Assembly: GCA_965207885.1 (NCBI GenBank) | Contig: OZ242311.1 | Coordinates: 2,464,001 to 2,528,000, forward strand | Source: Candidatus Latescibacterota bacterium | Lineage (GTDB): Bacteria > Latescibacterota > UBA2968 | Length of the DNA stretch: 64,000 bases | Reading direction: 5' to 3' | Shown here: positions 39,261 to 49,391 of the stretch, one piece after another | Layout: the number at the start of each line of letters is the position of its first letter | Position numbering within the stretch: the stretch's first letter is position 1 | Translations under genes and position numbers: made by a program | Notes under the pieces: generated by a model | What the model saw: only the letters and a program-made list of their open reading frames with translations | The model's database searches: none | Told to the model about the DNA's origin: nothing

Positions 39261-40115
39261 ATGGATATGACGAAACAACCGCCTCGCCGGCCGACCAATA
39301 CTTCAATGCTCGGCATTGTATCGCTTGCGCGTTTGACCGACAAAGCGCGGGCGCACCGGGCAAATACGATTGGCGACCATCTCTATGGCGAGAACTCGGG
39401 GTTGGACAAGATAGTACTCGATTTTCTCGGCGTCTCGCACGATGATTTTGCCGATGCAGCCCAGCGGATGAGCGACGCGGAATTGTGCGATTGGTTGCGC
39501 GAAAATTACCCTAAAACTGAAGACGAGGTTCAGGCGTACAACAACGAGCTTCTCACCTGGGAACCCTTTGATGATGCGAGTCGCCAGCGCTTAAAAGATC
39601 GTCTTGAAAAATTCAATGCCGATCCCGATAAGGTGAAAACGATGCTCCAATCTATGGAACTCGACGACTGGGGGTGTTTTCGGGATACCGATTTGACCCA
39701 ACATCCACCGCGCTCGCCGTATAACAGCGATGTTGCCGGTATTTACGGCGGATCGCGCATGGGCGATAAAGCACGCGCGGCAAAGGCGGGCAAGCTCAAC
39801 GATTATATCTATAATTGCCCCATCGATGAGGTTATTCTCGATTTTCTCAATATATCTGCCGAAGATTTTCAGGATGCGGCCTATCACAATGTCAACGATA
39901 TCGAACTCGGCGATTGGGTGCTCGAACACACGGATCGCACTCAGGATGAAATCTCGCGCCTGAACGAGGCTCTCTCTCAGAAGGGGCCCGAGAATGACGA
40001 GCAAGTGGCGATTTTCAACATAACGCTCGAGCGCATAGCACCCGGTCGCACCGATGTCACCACATGGTTTGACCTGCTTGACCTCGACGATGCACACGCC
40101 TACAACTTGGAATAA
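39261..40115 (+). CDS. Tandem DUF5069-like domain protein
   Basis: Two internal repeats D(M/L)TxxPPR..R..DKARA...LDFL. Confidence 0.75.
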   Translation: MDMTKQPPRRPTNTSMLGIVSLARLTDKARAHRANTIGDHLYGENSGLDKIVLDFLGVSHDDFADAAQRMSDAELCDWLRENYPKTEDEVQAYNNELLTWEPFDDASRQRLKDRLEKFNADPDKVKTMLQSMELDDWGCFRDTDLTQHPPRSPYNSDVAGIYGGSRMGDKARAAKAGKLNDYIYNCPIDEVILDFLNISAEDFQDAAYHNVNDIELGDWVLEHTDRTQDEISRLNEALSQKGPENDEQVAIFNITLERIAPGRTDVTTWFDLLDLDDAHAYNLE

Positions 40116-40125
40116 GAGTGGGGAT

Positions 40126-40398
40126 ATGCCCGAACCCGTTGAACTTCCAATTGATGGCGAACTCGATCTGCACCACTTTCATCCGGATGATGTCAAGGCT
40201 CTCGTGCCCGATTATCTCGATGAGTGCAAACTGCGCGGTATTTCCGACGTGCGTATTATTCATGGCAAAGGCACGGGTGTTCTCCGCGAAATCGTCCACA
40301 CCATTTTAAAACGCCGGCCCGATGTCATCGCATATCATCTCACCGATCACAACTGGGGTTCGACCTCTGTTGTTCTCAACCTGAAGACGCAATCGTGA
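40126..40398 (+). CDS. Stand-alone Smr/MutS2 domain protein
   Basis: LDLHHF, VRIIHGKGTGVLR, NWGST. Confidence 0.88.
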   Translation: MPEPVELPIDGELDLHHFHPDDVKALVPDYLDECKLRGISDVRIIHGKGTGVLREIVHTILKRRPDVIAYHLTDHNWGSTSVVLNLKTQS

Positions 40399-41159
40399 CG
40401 CCCAATTTAGAACTCGTCGAATATATCCAAAATGCCGAGCGCATTCTTATCTTCACGGGTGCAGGTGTTTCCACCGCGAGTGGCATACCCGACTTTCGCG
40501 GTCCCGATGGCGTGTGGAAAACCCGACGGCCGGTTTATTATCGGGATTTTATGACCTCTGAAGAAGCGCGTATTGAAGCGTGGGATCAAAAACTCGAGGG
40601 TTGGGCTGCCTTTGAAAATGCCCGTCCCAATACCGTTCACGAGGCTGTTGTGAAGCTCGAGCGAGCAGATAAAGTCGAATGCGTCATCACGCAAAATATC
40701 GATGGTCTGCATACCCGAGCAGGCACTTCACCTGAGCGTTTGATTGAATTGCACGGTACCAATGCGGAAGTCGAATGCCAGACCTGCGGCAAACGCAGCG
40801 ATCCCGAACGCCACTACGCTGCCTTTCGCCGCACAAAAAGACCTCCCATGTGCGAATGCGGAGGTTATCTCAAATCGGCGACCATCAGCTTTGGTCAACT
40901 GCTCATTGAAGCGGACTTGCACCAAGCAGCAAAAGTAGCAGCCAATGCCGACCTGGCGATATCTCTGGGTTCTACTCTATCCGTCTATCCCGCCGCGAGC
41001 TTTCCATTGATGGCAGCAGAGCGCGGTGCGCCCTATGTGATTATCAATAAGGGCAAAACTGATCACGACAATTATGCACATCTCGCATTGCGCCTTGAAG
41101 GCGATGTAACAGAAATTTTTCCACTATCTGTAGAAGAAGCACTTGAGCCTGTCCTGTAA
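40395..41159 (+). CDS. cobB: NAD-dependent deacylase, sirtuin (CobB-type)
   Basis: TGAGVSTASGIPDFRG, TQNIDGLH, ELHG, zinc CxxC...CxC; GTGA overlap with the Smr gene. Confidence 0.88.
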   Translation: MTPNLELVEYIQNAERILIFTGAGVSTASGIPDFRGPDGVWKTRRPVYYRDFMTSEEARIEAWDQKLEGWAAFENARPNTVHEAVVKLERADKVECVITQNIDGLHTRAGTSPERLIELHGTNAEVECQTCGKRSDPERHYAAFRRTKRPPMCECGGYLKSATISFGQLLIEADLHQAAKVAANADLAISLGSTLSVYPAASFPLMAAERGAPYVIINKGKTDHDNYAHLALRLEGDVTEIFPLSVEEALEPVL

Positions 41160-41184
41160 CAGGCGTTTCAAGTCTTACCGCTTT

Positions 41185-42417
41185 ATGCTCACTTCCGACC
41201 TTTTACTCGTGCGCCGTCGCGGGCCTTATATCGAGCCTCGCTATGTGGATACTGCAGCGCCCAATATTATCGGGCTGGCAGAGGATATTATCGATATTTT
41301 CACGGATCATCAGGGCAAGTCGCGCGGTGAATTACACAGTGCTCTAGACATGCGTGCAGCCGAGGCAACGGATTATCGCGTTCAACGCGGTCTGACGAAA
41401 TTGCTCGAAGACGATCGCTGTGAGTTTCGCATTGACAGTATTGTTGAACCCGAAGAAATTCGCACACAGGTTTTTGGCCTCAGCCGAGAGAATCACCCCG
41501 TTGTCCGCGAACCCGATCTTCTCTATCCCGTCACACGCGAACACATTCTCGACCAAGTCGCGCTCAAATATCAGACCTCGGCGGAAAATATCGCGCATAG
41601 CCTCTACGCAGACCTTCCCGTCAATCACTATCTCGATTGCTTTGACGCGCCCGATCCCGCGTGGTTGCTCAACCGCTACAATGTCGCACTCGCGCAGGCT
41701 ATGTTCTATCGCTGCACGCGCATGCGACTCTCGGTGCATCGCAACTTGCCCGTGCGCTACAAACAGCTCTTTAAGTTTATCAAATTTTATCGCTTGATTC
41801 ACGACATCCGCGGCGACCGGGATGCGGGATACGAAATTGTCCTCGACGGTCCCGTAAGCCTGTTTCGCCTCTCGCAAAAATACGGTATTCAGATGGCTGT
41901 TTTTCTGCCTGCGTTGCTCTTGTGTACCCGCTGGAAAATGGAAGCGACGGTCAAACTCAAAGATGGCCGCGAAGGCGATTTTGTCCTGGACGATAACCAC
42001 AATTTGATTTCGCACTACAAAGATCAGACCATGTACGATTCTCTTCTCGAAGAGACCTTTGCTACGCGCTTTGAAAAAGCCAAAACCGACTGGGAGCTCG
42101 AACGCGAAACCGAAATTGTGAATCTCAAGAATACGGTTTTCATTCCCGATTTTGCATTCCGCCATCCCGACGGCCGCACGGCGCTGCTCGAGATCGTCGG
42201 TTTCTGGCATCCCGATTATCTGAGGCGTAAACTCGACAAGCTCCGCCGCGCCAATCGCAAAGACCTCGTCGTCGCCGTATCCCGCGATCTCAATGTCCAG
42301 GAAGAAGATTTCGAGGATGTGCCCGGGCATGTTTTCTTTTTTAAAACCCGAATCCAACCCCAGGATGTCGCCCGACGCCTCAATCAAATTCGCATGGAAG
42401 ACTGCGTAAATGATTGA
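41185..42417 (+). CDS. DUF790 family (Bax1-like) endonuclease
   Basis: MLTSDLL start, RYNVALAQ, FIPDFAF...LLEIVGFWHPDYLRRK PD-(D/E)xK-type core. Confidence 0.85.
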   Translation: MLTSDLLLVRRRGPYIEPRYVDTAAPNIIGLAEDIIDIFTDHQGKSRGELHSALDMRAAEATDYRVQRGLTKLLEDDRCEFRIDSIVEPEEIRTQVFGLSRENHPVVREPDLLYPVTREHILDQVALKYQTSAENIAHSLYADLPVNHYLDCFDAPDPAWLLNRYNVALAQAMFYRCTRMRLSVHRNLPVRYKQLFKFIKFYRLIHDIRGDRDAGYEIVLDGPVSLFRLSQKYGIQMAVFLPALLLCTRWKMEATVKLKDGREGDFVLDDNHNLISHYKDQTMYDSLLEETFATRFEKAKTDWELERETEIVNLKNTVFIPDFAFRHPDGRTALLEIVGFWHPDYLRRKLDKLRRANRKDLVVAVSRDLNVQEEDFEDVPGHVFFFKTRIQPQDVARRLNQIRMEDCVND

Positions 42418-42526
42418 ACATTGCGCGGGGAAATGGTATATTTGAAACTTCTGTCCTGTTCACAGCATCCCAAAATAGACAGACCTGCAAAATTCACAAC
42501 TCGGTTCACTTTCAAAGGAGTGCATT

Positions 42527-45424
42527 ATGCATAGATTATTCGCTCTTACACTTTTCACCCTTACACTGATCGCCTCGCCTGTATTCGCCGGGTTTACGCG
42601 CGTTAATGCGCCCAATCCCGACGATCCGATGAATGTACATATTTACAAACTCGACAATGGTCTCACCGTTTATCTCACTGAAAACCACGAGGAACCGCGG
42701 TTTTATGCCGAAATCCCCGTGCGGGCGGGAAGCAAACACGATCCCGCCGAATCTACGGGTCTGGCGCATTATTTGGAACACATGCTTTTTAAGGGCACGC
42801 AAAATATCGGGACATTGGATTATAAAAAAGAAAAAATGCACATTGACCGCATTATTGCGCTCTATGAAGATCACTTCCGCGAAACCGATCCCGAAAAACG
42901 CAAGGCCATTTACGCAGAGATCAACAAAGCATCTCAACAGGCCGCACAATACGCTATACCCAATGAGCTGGACAAGCTCTACAAAGCTATGGGCGAGAGT
43001 GGCTTGAATGCGCACACCTGGCACGAAGAAACCGTGTACAAAGTGGGGTTGCCCAGCAATTATCTCAAACACTGGGCAAAAATTGAGTCTGAACGGTTTC
43101 AAAATCCCGTGTTTCGTTTGTTCCAACCCGAACTCGAAGTGGTATATGAAGAAAAGAATCGCACTTTGGACAACAAAGGCTGGCTCATCAGCGAGGCTGT
43201 GAATAAACATCTATACAAAAATCATCCCTACGGCCAGCAAACCACGATCGGCGAGGTTGAGCATCTCAAAAACCCCTCGCTCAAAAATATGTACCAGTTT
43301 TACGACACTTATTACGTACCCAACAATATGGCGATTTGTATTTCGGGCGATATTGACATCGACGCGACGATTCAACTGATTGACGAACATTTTTCAGCAT
43401 GGAAAGCCAAAGATATTCCCGCGCTCCAAACATGGGAAGAACCGGCGATTAAAGGTGCTGAGCGCGTCACGGTTAAATTTCAGGGCGAAGAATACGTACT
43501 TCTGGCCTTTCGCACAAACCACCGCAGCCACCAAGACGCCGAAGCTCTAAAGCTGATTGATATGATTCTGGACAATCGCACTGCGGGGCTTATCAATCTC
43601 AATCTCGTGCAGCAGCAGAAAGTACGACGCGCGGGAAGCTATCCCTATTTACTCAATGATTACGGCACGCAATATCTGTGGGGTATTCCAAAAAGAGATC
43701 AAACACTTGCAGATGTTGAGCAACTTCTGCTGGATCAAATTGCTATGATCAAACGCGGGGAATTTGACGAAAGCCTGCTGTCTGCGATTGTCACGGATTT
43801 CAAAAAGAACCAAAAACGGGGTTTGGAATCCAATCGCAGTCGGGTCAGACAAATGACCAGTGCGTTTCTGGGATTTGCCGAATGGGATCAAGAGGTTGCT
43901 GAAATTGCTCGTATGGAAAAAATCACCCGAGAAGATGTTATTCGCGTAGCCAATCATTATTTTGGCGAGGACTATGTTGCTGGCTATCGCATTGACGAAC
44001 AACACGAATTGCCCAAGATCGAGAAGCCCAAAATTGACAAAATTGATATTGATCCTACGCGGCAATCCGAATTTGCAAAAGATGTGCTGGCTATGTCTGC
44101 CGATAAACTTGCTCCCATTTTTGTCACCGACAAAGACTATACCATTACACAGGTGCGAGACGGTGTAAAACTCTACTATGTGAAAAATCCGGTTAATGAT
44201 CTCTTCACTTTTACACTGAGCGTGGATATGGGGACGTATCAGGATAATCGACTCAGCACAGCCAGATCGCTCCTGGACAAATCCGGTGCTGGCGATCTGG
44301 CTCCCGATGCGCTGAAGAGAGAATGGTACAAACTGGGTACGGATTTCAATATTGGCGTGTCAGATAATGAGACCAATATCAGGATTTCCGGCTTAGATGA
44401 AAATTTTGAGGCATCTCTTTCGCTGATGATGAAATATATTCAGAATCCGACTGCGGATCAGGCCACGCTCGATGAACTCGTCAAAATTACCCTCGCGCAA
44501 CGCGAAGATCAAAAAAAGGATCCCCGTTCTCTGCGCAATGCCCTGCGTTTGTACAGTCGTTATGGCGACAATTCGTCGTACAAACGCCGCATTTCTTCTG
44601 AGGCATTGCAAAATCTCACGGTTTCAGAATTACACGGTTTAATATCCAGCCTGCCGACCTATGAACATGCTTTGATTTACGGTGGTTCCAGGCCGCTGGA
44701 CGAGGTTCTTGCGACTATCAAAGAGCATTTTCCCAACAGTGGTGACTTAAGAACGCCTCCTGCTTATGAACGTCTCATAGTTCACGCGCCAGACAAAACC
44801 GAAATCCGATTCTTTCACAAAGAAACAGCGCAGTCTCAGGTCTTTGTCGAGTCTGGAGGCGTAGTGTTCGATGCTGCACTCCGTCCGGCTATTGATCTCT
44901 ACAATGATTATTTTGCCGGAGGTATGTCGGGTATTGTTTTTCAGGAATTGCGCGAAGCCCGCGCACTGGCGTATTCTACATTTGCGCGGTATGACCTCGG
45001 TGATCGCAGCAATGATCAGAATGTCATGTGGGGATATATTGGCTGCCAGGTGGACAAAACCCCGGAGGCTGTTGCTGCACTGGTCGAGCTGATTGACGAT
45101 TTGCCCGAATCTCCCGAGCGTTTTTCAGAAGCCAAAAATTCTGTGGTCAATCGCTATCGCGTTGCCAAGATCAAATACCGGGAGTTGCCCGGCGTGTTGC
45201 GTATTTGGGAACGCCGCAACCAGACGCCCGATCCGAGAAAAGAGCGGTTCGGTCACATTCTCCAGGCCGAGATGCCGAGTGTGCTCGATTTCCACAAGCA
45301 ACATATTGCCAAACGCCCCAAACTTATCTCTATTATGGGCGACACGACCAAATTTGATCTCAATAGTCTGAGCACTCTCGGCACGATTACGCCTGTGACG
45401 CTGGATGATTTGTTTGTGGATTAG
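42527..45424 (+). CDS. M16 family zinc peptidase (insulinase), secreted
   Basis: Signal peptide, GLAHYLEHMLFKG (HxxEH), ELREARALAY. Confidence 0.92.
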   Translation: MHRLFALTLFTLTLIASPVFAGFTRVNAPNPDDPMNVHIYKLDNGLTVYLTENHEEPRFYAEIPVRAGSKHDPAESTGLAHYLEHMLFKGTQNIGTLDYKKEKMHIDRIIALYEDHFRETDPEKRKAIYAEINKASQQAAQYAIPNELDKLYKAMGESGLNAHTWHEETVYKVGLPSNYLKHWAKIESERFQNPVFRLFQPELEVVYEEKNRTLDNKGWLISEAVNKHLYKNHPYGQQTTIGEVEHLKNPSLKNMYQFYDTYYVPNNMAICISGDIDIDATIQLIDEHFSAWKAKDIPALQTWEEPAIKGAERVTVKFQGEEYVLLAFRTNHRSHQDAEALKLIDMILDNRTAGLINLNLVQQQKVRRAGSYPYLLNDYGTQYLWGIPKRDQTLADVEQLLLDQIAMIKRGEFDESLLSAIVTDFKKNQKRGLESNRSRVRQMTSAFLGFAEWDQEVAEIARMEKITREDVIRVANHYFGEDYVAGYRIDEQHELPKIEKPKIDKIDIDPTRQSEFAKDVLAMSADKLAPIFVTDKDYTITQVRDGVKLYYVKNPVNDLFTFTLSVDMGTYQDNRLSTARSLLDKSGAGDLAPDALKREWYKLGTDFNIGVSDNETNIRISGLDENFEASLSLMMKYIQNPTADQATLDELVKITLAQREDQKKDPRSLRNALRLYSRYGDNSSYKRRISSEALQNLTVSELHGLISSLPTYEHALIYGGSRPLDEVLATIKEHFPNSGDLRTPPAYERLIVHAPDKTEIRFFHKETAQSQVFVESGGVVFDAALRPAIDLYNDYFAGGMSGIVFQELREARALAYSTFARYDLGDRSNDQNVMWGYIGCQVDKTPEAVAALVELIDDLPESPERFSEAKNSVVNRYRVAKIKYRELPGVLRIWERRNQTPDPRKERFGHILQAEMPSVLDFHKQHIAKRPKLISIMGDTTKFDLNSLSTLGTITPVTLDDLFVD

Positions 45425-45434
45425 GAGTGATCAG

Positions 45435-46526
45435 ATGAAGATTACCGAGGTAAAAACATATCATTTGCGATATCCCTTGCGAGAGAAGTTCGCGATTTCG
45501 AGGGGATGGTCCACGAGCCGACAGGCACAAGTTGTGGAGATCGCTACAGATAATGGTCTGATTGGGTGGGGTGAGGGGACAGGCGAAGTCCATCGATCTG
45601 CGATTGACGCGCATATTATGGGGCGCAATCCGTTTGATTGCGGCGCGATCTATCAGGCGTTGTCCGATGATGGGGTAAGTCCTCAGGCGATCAGTGGGAT
45701 AGATATTGCGCTGTGGGATTTGATGGGCAAGGCGCTTGAGATGCCGGTGTATCAACTATTGGGGGGAAAGGTGAGAGACAAAATTCTCGCGTATGCCACC
45801 GGGTTATTTCGCATAGACCGCCCCGATGTGACACAGGCACTCGTCGATGAGGCAAAAGGGTATGTCGATATGGGTTTTTCTGCGATGAAAATGAAGATCG
45901 GATTTGGCGAGGCTTACGATACGAAAAACGCAGGGGCAATTCGGCAGGCGATAGGTCCCGATGTGTTGTTTGCCGTGGATGCCAATTGCGGATATGATGT
46001 GGGTACTGCCATCGATGTGGGTCACAAGATCGCACACAATGATTTGTTCTGGTATGAAGAGCCGCTGCCAACGGATGATGTGCGCGGGTATTTGCAGGTG
46101 AAAGGCGCGTTGCCTATACGCATTGCAGGCGCGGAAGGGCTGGGTGGGCGTTGGGCATTCCGCGAGTTGATTCAGCAGCGGGCACTTGATATCGTGCAGC
46201 CCGATATCAGCATTGCAGGTGGGTTTAGCGAATGTCGCATTATTGCGGCGATGGCGAGTGCAAATTATGTGCGGGTTTTGCCGCATATGTGGGGCAGTCA
46301 TATTCGACTGGCGGCGACTGTCCACTGGCAGGCTACTATTCCCGATGCGCCGGATGCGTTGAACCCAATTCCATCTCTGTTTGAATACGATATGACTGAG
46401 AATGGATTGCGAACGGAGTTGGCTGTGAATCCGATCCAGGCGGTGGATGGCGAAGTGCCCGTGCCCGATGCGCCGGGATTGGGCATTGAGATTGATCGAG
46501 GTGTGTTGGAAAAATATGCTGTTTGA
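45435..46526 (+). CDS. Mandelate racemase/muconate lactonizing enzyme family protein
   Basis: GIDIALWDLMGK, KMKIG, VDAN, WYEEP, QPDI. Confidence 0.9.
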   Translation: MKITEVKTYHLRYPLREKFAISRGWSTSRQAQVVEIATDNGLIGWGEGTGEVHRSAIDAHIMGRNPFDCGAIYQALSDDGVSPQAISGIDIALWDLMGKALEMPVYQLLGGKVRDKILAYATGLFRIDRPDVTQALVDEAKGYVDMGFSAMKMKIGFGEAYDTKNAGAIRQAIGPDVLFAVDANCGYDVGTAIDVGHKIAHNDLFWYEEPLPTDDVRGYLQVKGALPIRIAGAEGLGGRWAFRELIQQRALDIVQPDISIAGGFSECRIIAAMASANYVRVLPHMWGSHIRLAATVHWQATIPDAPDALNPIPSLFEYDMTENGLRTELAVNPIQAVDGEVPVPDAPGLGIEIDRGVLEKYAV

Positions 46527-46561
46527 GTTGGCATTGGATAACACAAACACAAGGAACAGAG

Positions 46562-47728
46562 ATGAAAATTCACGAATATCAGGCTAAAGAAGTTCTCAGG
46601 GCCTTTGGTGTGCCTGTGCCAAATGGTGCCGTTGCTCGTACGCCCGAAGAGGCCGAAGCGATTGCCAAAGACCTCGGTGGGGCAGTGGTCGTCAAGGCGC
46701 AGATCCACGCAGGTGGTCGCGGGAAAGGGGGCGGTATTAAACTCGCATCCAATCCTGCCGAAGCCAGAGAAGTAGCATCCGAAATTATTGGCATGCAACT
46801 CGTTACCCCGCAGACGGGTACTGAAGGGCAAAAAGTCAAATCCGTTTGGGTGGAAAATGCGACGGATATTGACCGCGAATTATACCTGGGTATTGTGCTG
46901 GACCGCGCGCAGTCGCGTCTGGTCGTTATGGCTTCCAGTGAGGGTGGGATGGATATTGAAGAGGTGGCTGCGACGACGCCGGAAAAAATCCTCAAAGAGG
47001 TCGTTCATCCCGGTGTTGGTCTCCAGCCTTTTCAGGCACGGCATCTCGCACTCGGTCTGGGGCTTGAAGGCGATCAACTCAAGCAGGGGGTCGTTTTTAT
47101 AACTGCTCTTTACAAAGCATATATAGAGACCGATTGTTCGCTCGCAGAAATCAATCCTCTCGTTGTGTCCAAAAGTGGTGAGGTTCTGGCTCTGGATGCC
47201 AAGATGAACTTTGATGATAGTGCGATGTATCGCCATTCTGATATCTATGAATTGCGCGATGTTGACGAGGAAGATCCGCTCGAGGTCGAAGCCTCAAAAT
47301 ACGATCTCAATTATATCAAACTCGACGGGGAAGTCGGCTGTATGGTCAATGGCGCAGGTCTGGCAATGGCTACAATGGATATTGTCAAATACGCGGGGTC
47401 GTCACCGGCAAATTTTCTCGATGTTGGCGGGGGAACCAATGTCGAGCGCGTCAAGAATGCGATGCGTATTCTCACGTCCGACGAATCGGTCAAAGCTGTG
47501 CTGATCAATATTTTTGGCGGTATTGTGCGTTGTGACCGCGTGGCAGAAGGCGTTGTTGCCGCGCTTGAAGATATCGAGATCAATGTGCCGCTCGTGGTGC
47601 GGCTGCAGGGGACGAATGCTGAAGAGGGCGCGCAAATTCTCGAAAATTCGGGTCTTGAATTTACCGTTGCCCGCAAGCTTCAGGAAGCCGCCGAGGCTGT
47701 TGTTGCGGCGGTTCAAAATGCCGCATAG
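46562..47728 (+). CDS. sucC: Succinyl-CoA synthetase beta subunit
   Basis: MKIHEYQAKE, GGRGKGGG, MVNGAGLAMATMD, NIFGGIVRCD. Confidence 0.96.
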   Translation: MKIHEYQAKEVLRAFGVPVPNGAVARTPEEAEAIAKDLGGAVVVKAQIHAGGRGKGGGIKLASNPAEAREVASEIIGMQLVTPQTGTEGQKVKSVWVENATDIDRELYLGIVLDRAQSRLVVMASSEGGMDIEEVAATTPEKILKEVVHPGVGLQPFQARHLALGLGLEGDQLKQGVVFITALYKAYIETDCSLAEINPLVVSKSGEVLALDAKMNFDDSAMYRHSDIYELRDVDEEDPLEVEASKYDLNYIKLDGEVGCMVNGAGLAMATMDIVKYAGSSPANFLDVGGGTNVERVKNAMRILTSDESVKAVLINIFGGIVRCDRVAEGVVAALEDIEINVPLVVRLQGTNAEEGAQILENSGLEFTVARKLQEAAEAVVAAVQNAA

Positions 47729-47801
47729 ACCCGGGTTCAGGGCGAAAAATGAAAAGGGGCGCAGGATGCCAGGGCGCTCCTTATTTATTGTGTCTTGTAT
47801 T

Positions 47802-47834
47802 GACAATATGGCAATAATTCAGACAATATGGCAA
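47802..47834. repeat. 13-bp direct repeat GACAATATGGCAA with a 20-bp period
   Basis: Copies at 47802-47814 and 47822-47834 in an AT-rich intergenic region. Confidence 0.7.
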
Positions 47835-47973
47835 ATTTTTCAAAATCATATAAATCTCAAGCTGAGAATAAATAGTTGTTCTATATTAAATTACAATTTT
47901 TCGGTCTTTATGGTATATTTATTGCTTTATAAAATGAATGTTTATTCCATCAATCCAAATTAGAGGGTCTGTT

Positions 47974-48279
47974 ATGCCGACTTATGAATATGCGTGTACT
48001 GCATGCGAGCACGAATTTGAAGCTTTTCACTCCATCACCGCCGATCCCATTCGCCTGTGTCCCGAATGCGGCGAGCAAAAGGTCGAGCGTCTCATTAGTG
48101 GCGGCGCGGGGTTGATCTTTAAGGGATCGGGTTTTTACATCACCGATTATCGAAGTGAAGGATACAAGGAAGCAGCTAAAAAGGATAAAGAAGCAGCCAG
48201 CGGCAAAAAATCTGACAAAAAGAAATCAGAAACCAAAAAGACTTCTGAGTCAAAGAGTTCGGACTCTAAAGCCGCGTAA
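47974..48279 (+). CDS. FmdB family zinc-ribbon protein
   Basis: MPTYEYACTAC...CPECG, FKGSGFYITDY. Confidence 0.92.
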   Translation: MPTYEYACTACEHEFEAFHSITADPIRLCPECGEQKVERLISGGAGLIFKGSGFYITDYRSEGYKEAAKKDKEAASGKKSDKKKSETKKTSESKSSDSKAA

Positions 48280-48323
48280 AAGAATGGAAATTATATGCCT
48301 TTGACAGATAGGGCGCAAAATTC

Positions 48324-49391
48324 ATGAATGCAACGTACAGAGACACTATCGCCCATCTAATCGAGATGTCGCCCTTTGAGATTGAGCCTGATGTCCAAAT
48401 AACCAGTCGCCCGCCTACTATGGCGAGTTCTATGTTTCTTACGAACAAAGAGCAGGGCGACTGGGCAGAAGAGATTGTTCTCAATGCAATCAATGAAAAC
48501 TCTCAGGAATATTGTGCTATAAAGTACGGTCGTGCGGATTCTCTGTCAGCCGGTGATCCCGGGTTTGCCGACTTTTATGCTTCTTATATCAATGAGTTGA
48601 ACACAATTGGGAAGAAACCCGATCTTCTCGTCTATAAGCGGGAGGACGTTCCGGAGCATTATAACCTGGATGATGATGCGTTTATCCGGAAGGCAGTAGC
48701 GGCTATTGAGGTTCGTTCGAGTAGTTTTCTCGCGAACAGATATTCATCATTCATGGATAATAGAACGCGCGAAGCTGAGTCTGCCATTCAACAAATTCAA
48801 CAGGAAATTCTCTCAGAACCCTACGCGAGCCTGCTTGGAGAAAAAAGTCCCGCACTTCATGAAATGATACAAAACGCAACCATCGATACGTTTCGAGAAT
48901 TGAATTTCAGGCGGAGGGGCTGGTATTCGACGGAGCCTTTGCGAGAGTTGAGTGAGCTTTTGAAATCTCTCAAAGAACAGATGCAAATCCTTCAAAAACG
49001 GGACTATCTCAGCATTACACCCAAGATCGAAGATCTGGCGCTTGTCAACCGCTGGATTCAGCATTTCGGGGTGAGGCACTGCTATTTGCAGGTGTTTTTT
49101 GATAAAGCATACGTTATTCCGTTTCAGGATATTCTGGAAATAACCTCCGATCCGAAAAATGAAGGTGTGGTGTTCTCCATAGAGCGAGATGTCAAAAATC
49201 AGGGCAAGACAACTATCAAGATCAATGTTCAGGTTGGAAAAGAGATTCTGGGCAGGATTGATATGCCGCAACACCGCTCTGCTCTGAAAGAATTGGAACG
49301 CGGGCATCTTCTGTTTTATGTCACTTTCCACGGGGGGCGTGGCTACCTCGATCCGGCTGTCTTCTCTCAGGAGATATTAGATGCAGGTTAA
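48324..49391 (+). CDS. Type II restriction endonuclease, AccI family
   Basis: SSMFLTNKEQGDWAE, IGKKPDLL, AIEVRSS, YLSITPKIEDL; overlaps the methyltransferase gene. Confidence 0.8.
   Translation: MNATYRDTIAHLIEMSPFEIEPDVQITSRPPTMASSMFLTNKEQGDWAEEIVLNAINENSQEYCAIKYGRADSLSAGDPGFADFYASYINELNTIGKKPDLLVYKREDVPEHYNLDDDAFIRKAVAAIEVRSSSFLANRYSSFMDNRTREAESAIQQIQQEILSEPYASLLGEKSPALHEMIQNATIDTFRELNFRRRGWYSTEPLRELSELLKSLKEQMQILQKRDYLSITPKIEDLALVNRWIQHFGVRHCYLQVFFDKAYVIPFQDILEITSDPKNEGVVFSIERDVKNQGKTTIKINVQVGKEILGRIDMPQHRSALKELERGHLLFYVTFHGGRGYLDPAVFSQEILDAG

Noticed and set aside
40395-41159. Sirtuin as a Thoeris/DSR-type defence NADase
   Set aside because: It has the zinc-binding Cys motifs and length of a housekeeping CobB-type deacylase, with no extra domains
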